Shown here in pieces: positions 25,606 to 32,000 of a stretch of DNA of 32,000 nucleotides. The DNA is from Candidatus Iainarchaeum sp. (lineage in GTDB: Archaea > Iainarchaeota > Iainarchaeia > Iainarchaeales > GCA-2688035). The notes beneath the pieces are model-generated. The model was not told the DNA's origin and ran no database searches. It saw only the letters and a list, made by a program, of their open reading frames with translations. The first letter of the stretch is position 1. Every line of letters starts with the position of its first letter. The DNA is taken from positions 1 through 32,000 of the forward strand of contig JAQTNI010000001.1 of assembly GCA_028713935.1 (NCBI GenBank), read 5' to 3'. Made by a program: the position numbers and the translations under genes.

Positions 25606-25676
25606 TGGACTCGCCGGGAGTTGAACCCGGGTTTCGGCCTTGCGAAGGCCGCTTCTTACCGTTGGAATACGAGCCC
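25606..25676 (-). tRNA. tRNA-Ala (anticodon CGC)
   Basis: The minus-strand sequence GGGCTCG-TA-TTCCAACGGTAAGAAG-CGGCC-TTCGCAA-GGCCG-AAAC-CCGGG-TTCAACT-CCCGG-CGAGTCC-A folds as a cloverleaf. The G3:U70 alanine identity pair is present and the discriminator is A. No CCA is encoded. Confidence 0.88.
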
Positions 25677-25715
25677 TGCTTATAAAATTTGTCCTGAAAC
25701 AATTAAAAATTGCCT

Positions 25716-26207
25716 TTATTGGCTTTTTTTGCCTTGTTGCAGTTCCCATGGAAAAATAATCCAGTTTTCCGTTGTCTTGTAATAATGCACTTTTTGCCTT
25801 GATTGCAGTGAAGAATTTTTGTTTTTGTAATAAATCACTGCAATGTCAATTGTTTTGAGACCTGGAATCAGGGCTTTTGCATTAATGCTGCCAATAATTT
25901 GTTCCATTGTTTTTCCTTCATCAACCAAGTCATCAACAAGCAGTATTTTTTTTGGCTCTGCATTTTCACAGCACCATTTGACATTGGCATCAAAAAAGCT
26001 TTTTTTATCAGGGCAATTGTTTTTGTTATAGCGCTTGGAAACAACAATTCCCAGGGGAAGCTGCAGCAATTCGCTTAACAGTTTTCCCGGAACAAGGCCG
26101 CCTGATGCAATGCAGACAACTGCCTCATAATTGTTTTTTTCAAGTTTTTTTGCCAGATGCCTGCAGGCGGTTTCAATTTCTTTCCAGCTGACTTTAATTG
26201 TGCCCAT
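25716..26207 (-). CDS. purine phosphoribosyltransferase (xanthine-guanine/hypoxanthine PRT-like)
   Basis: VVCIASGGLVPGKLLSE, the PRPP-binding motif KILLVDDLVDEGKTM and a WIIFPWE C-terminus are present. Confidence 0.8.
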   Translation of the reverse strand: MGTIKVSWKEIETACRHLAKKLEKNNYEAVVCIASGGLVPGKLLSELLQLPLGIVVSKRYNKNNCPDKKSFFDANVKWCCENAEPKKILLVDDLVDEGKTMEQIIGSINAKALIPGLKTIDIAVIYYKNKNSSLQSRQKVHYYKTTENWIIFPWELQQGKKSQ

Positions 26208-26277
26208 TGCAAAACACTTGAGCTATTGTTTCAATGTTTCTCTGCTTGACATCGTGCCAGGGCTTTTGCCGAAGGCT

Positions 26278-26331
26278 AGACTTGCGAAGCAAGTCTTTCT
26301 TTCCCTGGGCTTTCTTTTTAAGAAAGGCCAG
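26278..26331 (+). repeat. double-hairpin element, copy A (abuts the tRNA-Trp 3' end)
   Basis: Hairpin 1 is AGACTTGC-gaa-GCAAGTCT (26278-26296). The linker is TTCTTTCCC (26297-26305). Hairpin 2 is CTGGGCTTTCTT-ttt-AAGAAAGGCCAG (26305-26331), with a G-G mismatch at 26309/26327. Confidence 0.7.
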
Positions 26332-26509
26332 TGGGGTTACAGGGATTTGAACCCTGATCAACTGGTCGCTCATTATTTTACCCTGCCTTTTTGTTGTTTA
26401 CCAAAGAAAAATGGTTCTTTTCTTTGGGCAACTTACACTTTCTTTTCTTGCCAAGAAAAGAAAGGGCAGGTCTGGAGCCAGTCGCACTGCCTGGTTATGC
26501 TATAACCCC
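26332..26509 (-). tRNA. tRNA-Trp (anticodon CCA) with a 105-nt intron at the canonical 37/38 position
   Basis: The 5' exon is GGGGTTA-TA-GCAT-AACCAGGCA-GTGC-G-ACTGG-CTCCAG (26509-26472). The 3' exon is A-CCAGT-TGAT-CAGGG-TTCAAAT-CCCTG-TAACCCC-A (26366-26332). The acceptor, anticodon and T stems are perfectly paired and the D stem has one T-G wobble. The mature tRNA is 73 nt. No CCA is encoded. Confidence 0.88.
26367..26471 (-). other. tRNA-Trp intron (105 nt), highly structured
   Basis: A closing stem CCTGCC/GGCAGG encloses two perfect hairpins on the minus strand: CTTTCTTTTCTTG/CAAGAAAAGAAAG and CCAAAGAAAA-gaaccat-TTTTCTTTGG. GACC is repeated at both junctions, so the exact cut sites are ambiguous by 1-2 nt. 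Confidence 0.75.
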
Positions 26510-26547
26510 GTTGGGATAATTGAAGAATTTAAAGTTTTTAAAATCAG

Positions 26548-26605
26548 AGGTTTTGCATTGCAAAACCTTTCTTTCCCAGGGCTTTCTTTTTTAAAGAAAG
26601 GCCTG
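26548..26605 (+). repeat. double-hairpin element, copy B (upstream of the tRNA-Trp promoter region)
   Basis: Hairpin 1 is AGGTTTTGC-att-GCAAAACCT (26548-26568). The linker is TTCTTTCCC (26569-26577). Hairpin 2 is CAGGGCTTTCTTT-ttt-AAAGAAAGGCCTG (26577-26605), with a G-G mismatch at 26581/26601. Confidence 0.7.
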
Positions 26606-26695
26606 CCAAAGTAGCTCACTTGTTGAGTGCATAAAACAACTTTGTTTTGTTGTGTTTTTAAAGATATGGAATTTTTTATTTTTCAAATCCGTCAA

Positions 26696-26706
26696 TTTAA
26701 TATATT
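26696..26706 (+). promoter_or_regulatory. TATA-box-like element for the HerA-like gene
   Basis: TTTAATATATT is centred about 27 nt upstream of the GTG at 26728. This spacing fits an archaeal TATA box driving a leaderless or near-leaderless mRNA. Confidence 0.35.
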
Positions 26707-26727
26707 CTAATTGCGCTACTATTACTG

Positions 26728-29700
26728 GTGTTTGTTTTGGCTGACAAAAAAGGTTCTTCGGAAGCTGGAGAAGAGATTTTTTCAGATGTTTTTGGCGTTG
26801 ACGAGGATGAAAAGCGCGCCAGGGAAAGGCTTGCCAAGGAAACAGCTGAAAAAGAAGCAAAGCAAAAAGCCTCAAAAGGCGAGAAAGAGGAAAAAGAATT
26901 GCCTTCTGAAAAAGAAGAGCCTGAAATTGTTGCCTTGAAGAAAACCCAAAAAAAGCCTGCCCAAAAAATTCCAGTTGAGGCCAAAGCCACTGTTACTGAT
27001 TCTCCCGAGCAAAAGGAATTGAAGCAGAAAATCAAAAAGGTTATTCTGGCAAAGGCAGCAAAGGCCGCTGAAAAGGATTCTGCAAAAATTTTTGACAAGG
27101 AAATTGACATCAAGGAAAAAGGAGTTAAGGAAAAAGAAAAAGAAGAAGAGCCAGAGCCTGAAGAAGAAAACGAAAAAGAAGATTCAAAAGAAATTGTGCC
27201 AAAATTTGCCCTTAATTTTTTGCAGGATTCAGAAGGAAGCGTTTTCATTGGCAGGAAAACAAGTGTTTTCCAGGAATATGGCAATGAAGCAGGCCTGTAT
27301 ATTGGGAATATTGCAGAGCCTTCCTTTGAAGGAAAAAAAGTTTTATTGGATGGTTTAAATCCGCATGTTGTTTTTGTCTGCGGGGCAAGAGGCAGCGGAA
27401 AATGCCTTACTGGAGACACTCTAATTGCGCTTGAAGATGGTACAGTAAAGCCGATAAGAGAACTGGAACATGATAATCAAAAAGTTCTTTCAATGGATTC
27501 TGAAATGAAAATTGTTGCCACTCAAAAAAGCGGTTTTTTTAAAAGGAGAGTAAATAAGATTCTGGAAGTTAACTTAAAAAGTGGCAAAAAGATTAGGTTG
27601 ACCCCTGAGCATCCTTTGTTTACAATGCAAGGCTGGAAGCCTGCGCAGGAGTTGAGAGAAGGAAGCAGAATTGCTGCTGTTAATAAACAGGTTGGGCTTG
27701 GTTTTTCAAGTAGCAGGCAGGAAAGCGTTTGTTATTCTGCCGCAAGGGCAAAATTAATGCAAATTAATTTGCTTAACAAGGATGAGTTGGTGCAAAATGC
27801 TTCTTCAAATATTTTTTGGGACGAAATAACTGAAAAAACAGAATTATCAGGAGAATTTGAAGTTTTTGATATCAGTGTTCCAACACACCACAATTTTGTT
27901 GCAAATGATATTATTGTCCACAACAGTTATCTGCTTGGAGTGCTTGCTGAAGAGCTTGCCTTGAAGAATCCCAATGTCGGCCTTATTGTAATCGACCCTG
28001 TAGGGGTTTTTTGGGGAATGAGGCATCCTAACAAGGAAGAAAAAGAGCTTGAGGCTCTTGCAAAAACAGGCCTTCTTCCGAACGGCCTGAATAATCTCAA
28101 AGTTTTTATTCCAAAGGGAATGAAGGACAAGGTTCCGAAAAACACTTTTGATGCGGCTTTCAGCATGCCTGCTTCTCTTCTAACTGCAGAAGACTGGTGC
28201 CTAACTTTTGGCATTGACAGGTTTTCCCCAAGCGGCCTGCTCCTTGAAAAAGTTTTGCACAAGACAAAGCACGGCTATAAGACAAAAGAAGGAAAATATG
28301 TAAAATCAGAGGATGTTTTTGATTTGGAGGACATTATTGAATGCCTGCATAATGACAATGAAATAAATTCAGCCGAGCTTGGCTATAAGGCCGATTCAAT
28401 AAGGGCCCTTGCTTCCAGGTTTGATGCCGCAAAAGCCTGGGGAGTTTTTGATGAAAGAGGAACTCCTTTGATTGAAATTTCAAAGGAAAACCAGTTGACA
28501 ATTATTGACACTTCTTTTTTGGATGACAATGTTTCCGCGCTAATAATCGGGATTCTTGCAAGAAGAATTCTTGCCGCGAGAAAATTAAGCACTCGCAGGG
28601 AAGCTGCTTCAAAATTCAAGGATGATTCTGTTGAAAACCTAATGGAATTGGGAATCCCTCCCACATGGCTGTTTATTGATGAGGCACACACTTTGATTCC
28701 AAGCGGAAACATGAAAACTCCTGCAAGCAGTGCCCTTGTTGAATATGTGAAGCAGGGAAGGCAGCCTGGCTGCAGCCTTGTTTTTGCAACACAGCAGCCG
28801 AGCGCAATTGACACCCATGTTTTAAGCCAGCTTGACATTATTGTGGCGCACAAGCTTGTTTTTGACGATGACATAAAGGCAGTTTACAAGAGAACTCCAA
28901 CTATTATTCCAAAGCAATACAAGAACAGCAATTTTATCAAAACACTGCCAGTTGGAATGGGAATTGTTGGAGATAGAAGAGAAGAAACCTCGCGCGCTTT
29001 TGTAATGAAAATCAGGCCAAGAATGTCACAGCACGAAGGCAGGGAAGCAGTTACTTCTGAAAGGTCTTCACAGGTTTTTGACAAATCCAAGGTTCTTGCC
29101 CTTGCAATTGGAATGGCTTATGCCCAGATTGAAAGAAAGCCGACAGAAGCCTCTTACATTAGCCAGATTGTCCAGACTCTTAATACAAAATACAAGTCAA
29201 CTTTGCAGCTTTCAGATGTTCTTGATGCGCTTGAAAAAAAAGGCGTCGGAATCAATCCCAAAACTTCTGTTTTAAGCATTCCGGACGAGGAAGCAGAGCA
29301 TGAAGTAGTGGAAGAAGAAGTCCGTGAAACAGAAGAAGAAGTGCAAAAAGAAGTGAAATCAGTTTCACCAGAAGAAAGCATTTCACTAATGGCTTTTCCA
29401 GCCAATCTTCAGGAAGAATCAGCAAGAAGGCTTTTTGACAGGCTGAGAAAGAAAAAAACTCTCGGCTTGTTTGGAAAAGAAGAGCTGATTGAAAAAATTT
29501 CCTTGAAATATTTGCCAATTTTCCATGTTACTTTCAATGTTTTCAATGAAAAAGGCTCTTTCAATATTGCAGAGGCCTATGTTGATTCCCATTCAGGGGA
29601 ATTTTTGAATTTTGATTTTGAACAAAAACAATTTGTTGAATCCCACGGCTTAAGCCTGCTTTCGGAAATGGGCACTTTGGAATCAAGAATCCTGCTTTTG

Positions 29701-30120
29701 CTTTCCGAAAAAAAATCCTCTTTTGAAGACCTTCAAAACAGGCTTGGAGAAGAAGAAAAAAGCATTGAAAAGGCAATTGATTCGCTTATGGAAGCAAATG
29801 CAATTGCGCTTGAACAGTCAAAAGAAAAAGACTGGTTTTTTTTGAAAACAAAAATTGATTTGCCAAAAAGCCCCTTGCATTCCCTGCTTACAAGCGTGAA
29901 AAAACTGCCAGTGGAAGAAATTTCCGCTTCCAATCTTGAAAAGCCGCAGTTTGACAAAACAAAATTCCAGGAGGTTTTTTCAAAAATCTGGGGAAAAGTC
30001 CAGATAAAAAGCATTTCAGAAGTTTTTTTGCCAAGATATGAGGCAATTATCAGGAAACAGGACAATTCAATAAGGGCAATTTCAGTTGACGCCTACTCAG
30101 GAAAAGAAATTGCGGACTAA
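26728..30120 (+). CDS. HerA/DUF87-type P-loop ATPase (FtsK-HerA superfamily) with an intein, a disordered N-terminal region and a long C-terminal extension
   Basis: After intein removal the Walker A reads VFVCGARGSGK|SYLLGVLAEEL. Walker B is WLFIDEAHTLIP, and VFATQQPSAIDTHVLSQLDIIVAHKL is present. Residues 25-160 are Lys/Glu-rich low complexity. Residues 775-1130 match no family I recognise. Confidence 0.8.
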   Translation: MFVLADKKGSSEAGEEIFSDVFGVDEDEKRARERLAKETAEKEAKQKASKGEKEEKELPSEKEEPEIVALKKTQKKPAQKIPVEAKATVTDSPEQKELKQKIKKVILAKAAKAAEKDSAKIFDKEIDIKEKGVKEKEKEEEPEPEEENEKEDSKEIVPKFALNFLQDSEGSVFIGRKTSVFQEYGNEAGLYIGNIAEPSFEGKKVLLDGLNPHVVFVCGARGSGKCLTGDTLIALEDGTVKPIRELEHDNQKVLSMDSEMKIVATQKSGFFKRRVNKILEVNLKSGKKIRLTPEHPLFTMQGWKPAQELREGSRIAAVNKQVGLGFSSSRQESVCYSAARAKLMQINLLNKDELVQNASSNIFWDEITEKTELSGEFEVFDISVPTHHNFVANDIIVHNSYLLGVLAEELALKNPNVGLIVIDPVGVFWGMRHPNKEEKELEALAKTGLLPNGLNNLKVFIPKGMKDKVPKNTFDAAFSMPASLLTAEDWCLTFGIDRFSPSGLLLEKVLHKTKHGYKTKEGKYVKSEDVFDLEDIIECLHNDNEINSAELGYKADSIRALASRFDAAKAWGVFDERGTPLIEISKENQLTIIDTSFLDDNVSALIIGILARRILAARKLSTRREAASKFKDDSVENLMELGIPPTWLFIDEAHTLIPSGNMKTPASSALVEYVKQGRQPGCSLVFATQQPSAIDTHVLSQLDIIVAHKLVFDDDIKAVYKRTPTIIPKQYKNSNFIKTLPVGMGIVGDRREETSRAFVMKIRPRMSQHEGREAVTSERSSQVFDKSKVLALAIGMAYAQIERKPTEASYISQIVQTLNTKYKSTLQLSDVLDALEKKGVGINPKTSVLSIPDEEAEHEVVEEEVRETEEEVQKEVKSVSPEESISLMAFPANLQEESARRLFDRLRKKKTLGLFGKEELIEKISLKYLPIFHVTFNVFNEKGSFNIAEAYVDSHSGEFLNFDFEQKQFVESHGLSLLSEMGTLESRILLLLSEKKSSFEDLQNRLGEEEKSIEKAIDSLMEANAIALEQSKEKDWFFLKTKIDLPKSPLHSLLTSVKKLPVEEISASNLEKPQFDKTKFQEVFSKIWGKVQIKSISEVFLPRYEAIIRKQDNSIRAISVDAYSGKEIAD
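27403..27924 (+). mobile_element. mini-intein (174 aa) inserted in the Walker A loop
   Basis: Begins CLTGDTLIAL (block A). Block B is RLTPEHPLFT. Block F is FEVFDISVPTHHNFVA. Ends DIIVHN, followed by a +1 Ser (block G). There is no room for a LAGLIDADG or HNH endonuclease domain. Excision restores GSGKS. Confidence 0.88.
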
Positions 30121-30130
30121 AAAATTTTTT

Positions 30131-31006
30131 TTACCAAACTTTGTAATCCCAATATTTTCCTTTTTTTGGAGACCTGACAGTTGCAATGTTTTTTTTGTCC
30201 AACAAGTCTATGCTGATTATTTTTGGTGCTTTTGCCATTAACGGCCTGCCCAACACAAGATTCACTGTTTCATGTGCCTGAAGAGTTGCCGTAATATATG
30301 CCCTTTCAGGAGTTATTGCCCAGGTTTGCCTTTCTCCAGACAAATAAAATTTTCCCCACTCTTTATCGGCACCATGGGTTATTGCATATTTTACTCTTTT
30401 GCCCCTTAATTTGTGGTGCAATTTGCCTAATTCTTCGCTTGGAATATCCAAATCAAGGCTTTTTGTAGGAAGATTGAACATTGTTTCATAATCAATGCCT
30501 TTTGGCAGCACAGTTGAAACAAAAGCCCTGTAAGGCGGCCCTCCGGACATTGTAACCACAGGAATTCCTAATTTTCTTGCAACCCTGTGGATTATAACCC
30601 TTGAATACATGTTGTCTATTCCCTGGACTATAACATTGATTCCTTTGAAAGCACTTTCTGCATTTTTTGTGTTTACCATTTCATTCATTACCTCTATTTT
30701 TACAGTCTTTGCAGTTGCATCATTCAAAAACTCGAGCATATTTTTTGTTTTCGGCCTGCCTAATTTTGAATATACTGCAAAAGAATTTCTGTTGAGATTA
30801 GAAAGCTCTAAGTTATCCTGGTCAATTATTCTGATTAGGCCAAAACCAATTCTTGCAAGAACTGCTGCAGCAAGTTCCCCAACGCATCCTTGTCCTGCAA
30901 CACAAATTTTTGCTTTCCTGATTTTTTCCTGTTCTGTTTTTTTGTAGATTCCAAAGTTTCTGTCTCTAATGAGGTAATAAAGCTCTAATTTGTCTTGGCC
31001 AGACAA
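30131..31006 (-). CDS. ThiF/MoeB/HesA-family (E1-like) adenylyltransferase
   Basis: KICVAGQGCVGELAAAVLARIGFGLIRIIDQDNLELSNLNRN is the E1-type Rossmann fold plus the D.D...SNLNR motif. TTG start. Confidence 0.75.
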   Translation of the reverse strand: MSGQDKLELYYLIRDRNFGIYKKTEQEKIRKAKICVAGQGCVGELAAAVLARIGFGLIRIIDQDNLELSNLNRNSFAVYSKLGRPKTKNMLEFLNDATAKTVKIEVMNEMVNTKNAESAFKGINVIVQGIDNMYSRVIIHRVARKLGIPVVTMSGGPPYRAFVSTVLPKGIDYETMFNLPTKSLDLDIPSEELGKLHHKLRGKRVKYAITHGADKEWGKFYLSGERQTWAITPERAYITATLQAHETVNLVLGRPLMAKAPKIISIDLLDKKNIATVRSPKKGKYWDYKVW

Positions 31007-31104
31007 ATTTTCTAATTGCTCACAAGAAAGATTACTGAAAGCGTTTTCTCTTTCTTTTAGCGTTTTCGGATTATTAAATGCCGGAATTTTCTCACCCTAT
31101 CAGG

Positions 31105-32000
31105 TTAGCAGCCCCTATTTTCGCAAATCGCTTTCAAAACTTTTTCAATTTTTTTTGGGTCATGCCTTAACAATTCCTGTTTTGAAGATTTTGTTTTTTT
31201 CTGCGCAGAAGCAATAAGGTCTGTGCCAATTAATTTTGCCTTTATTCCCTGCAGGCAAGGCAAATCGTTTTCCATGAAAAAAGACTGTTCCAAGGCATAC
31301 CTGCGCAGAGTTTCCTTGTTAGGCTTTTTTGTGTTATACACTATAAAATCAAGGCAATTTTTTCCCAGATACTTTTCTATTTCCCTAACCTGCCTTGAAA
31401 GGCAATAGCCATGGGTCTGGTTTACCTGTGTCATTACATTTGCAATGAAAACTTTTTTTGCCTTGCTTTTTTTTATGGCGGAAGCCATTCCTTTTACAAG
31501 CAAATTTGTTATCACGCTTGTAAACAGGCTTCCTGGCCCAATAATAATCAAATCAGCATCCAGAATTTCTTTTTTTGCTTCCGGAAGAATTGTTGCCTTG
31601 TTTGGCTTTAAAAAAACTTTTTTTATTGGGGCTCTTTTTGCAACCTGTTCCGGCTTTAAGTTTCTCTGGATAATGCTGTCTTCGCCGCAAAGCACTGTTC
31701 CATTTGCAAGCAGTGCATGGACATGCACATCCTGCAATGTTGAAGGCAAAACCTTGCCTCTTATTGCAAGAATCTGGGATGCCTGCTTTATTGCCTGTTC
31801 AAAAGAACCGGTTGTTTTTGCAAGCGCTGCAATGAACAAATTTCCAAAAGAATGGTCAGCCAGGACTCCTTTTTCAAACCTGTACCTGAACAAATCCTTC
31901 AAAAGTTTTTCCGAACTGCTTAGCGCAACAAGGCAATTTCTTATGTCCCCTGGAGGCAGGATATTCAAATCTTTTCTTAACACTCCTGAGCTTCTTCCAC
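31105..32000 (-). CDS. YvcK/CofD-family protein (gluconeogenesis-factor / 2-phospho-L-lactate-transferase-like), N-terminus beyond the right edge
   Basis: PPGDIRNCLVALS, HSFGNLFIAAL, IIIGPGSLFTSVITNLLV and ANVMTQVNQTHG are present. The frame stays open to position 32000 (...GRSSGVLRKD). Confidence 0.8.
   Translation of the reverse strand, partial: GRSSGVLRKDLNILPPGDIRNCLVALSSSEKLLKDLFRYRFEKGVLADHSFGNLFIAALAKTTGSFEQAIKQASQILAIRGKVLPSTLQDVHVHALLANGTVLCGEDSIIQRNLKPEQVAKRAPIKKVFLKPNKATILPEAKKEILDADLIIIGPGSLFTSVITNLLVKGMASAIKKSKAKKVFIANVMTQVNQTHGYCLSRQVREIEKYLGKNCLDFIVYNTKKPNKETLRRYALEQSFFMENDLPCLQGIKAKLIGTDLIASAQKKTKSSKQELLRHDPKKIEKVLKAICENRGC

Noticed and set aside
25594-25782. 62-aa plus-strand ORF
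   Set aside because: It lies over tRNA-Ala on the opposite strand and overlaps the 3' end of the PRT gene.
26367-26471. Box C/D guide RNA inside the tRNA-Trp intron, as in Haloferax
   Set aside because: I looked for RUGAUGA and CUGA boxes on the tRNA strand and found none. Only AAUGAGCG at the 3' end is vaguely C-box-like.
26278-26605. CRISPR array or integrase att duplication around tRNA-Trp
   Set aside because: There are only two copies. They have no regular repeat-spacer periodicity and do not include any tRNA sequence. No integrase or cas gene is nearby.
26131-26614. Plus-strand ORFs 26131..26505 and 26411..26614
   Set aside because: They span tRNA-Trp, its intron and the hairpin elements. 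The open frames come from the repetitive AAGAAAG/CTTTCTT words.
26697-27419. 240-aa minus-strand ORF at the 5' end of the HerA-like gene
   Set aside because: It is antisense to the Lys/Glu-rich repeat region. Its S/F-rich low-complexity translation has no start context.
30131-32000. ThiF-like plus YvcK-like gene pair as a ubiquitin-like conjugation or defence module
   Set aside because: No ubiquitin-like, E2, JAB or effector gene is visible. The co-orientation alone is insufficient, and the YvcK gene is truncated by the window edge.

Overview
AT-rich archaeal chromosomal window. The evidence for archaeal origin is a conserved gene order (ftsZ-secE-spt5-L11, then L1-P0-P1), an intron-containing tRNA-Trp, TATA-like promoters and oligo-T terminators. 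Several proteins are unusually short (P0, ArgH). This suggests a reduced, DPANN-like genome, which is inference only. TAA, TGA and TAG all end genes at positions consistent with homology, so the genetic code is standard. From left to right the window contains: an aIF-2B/ribose-1,5-bisphosphate-isomerase-family gene broken by one in-frame TAA; the ftsZ/ribosomal-stalk cluster, with an arginine-rich reverse-strand ORF wedged between L11 and L1; a roughly 500-nt hairpin-rich spacer; a nucleotide-sugar block (three sugar-nucleotidyltransferases, UDP-glucose dehydrogenase, a 4-epimerase-like SDR and UDP-xylose synthase) interleaved with argG-argH, an ACT-domain protein and a SET-domain protein; a secreted, membrane-anchored Lon-type (S16) protease; a 1001-aa SMC-type ATPase; two uncharacterised genes; a wHTH/RelE-like pair; tRNA-Ala(CGC); a purine phosphoribosyltransferase; tRNA-Trp(CCA) with a 105-nt intron; a 1130-aa HerA/DUF87-type ATPase; a ThiF/E1-like protein; and a partial YvcK/CofD-family gene. 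The observations most worth a second look are: (1) the SMC-type ATPase has no hinge and carries a Rad50-like CPVC hook at the midpoint of its coiled coil; (2) a recurring double-hairpin DNA/RNA element with compensatory changes and a conserved G-G mismatch occurs in two copies bracketing tRNA-Trp, one copy in the L1 leader and a degenerate copy after P1; (3) a 174-aa mini-intein splits the Walker A loop of the HerA-like ATPase; (4) a ribbon-helix-helix coding segment lies in frame with a sugar nucleotidyltransferase but has no canonical start codon. No CRISPR array, rRNA gene or transposase was seen.
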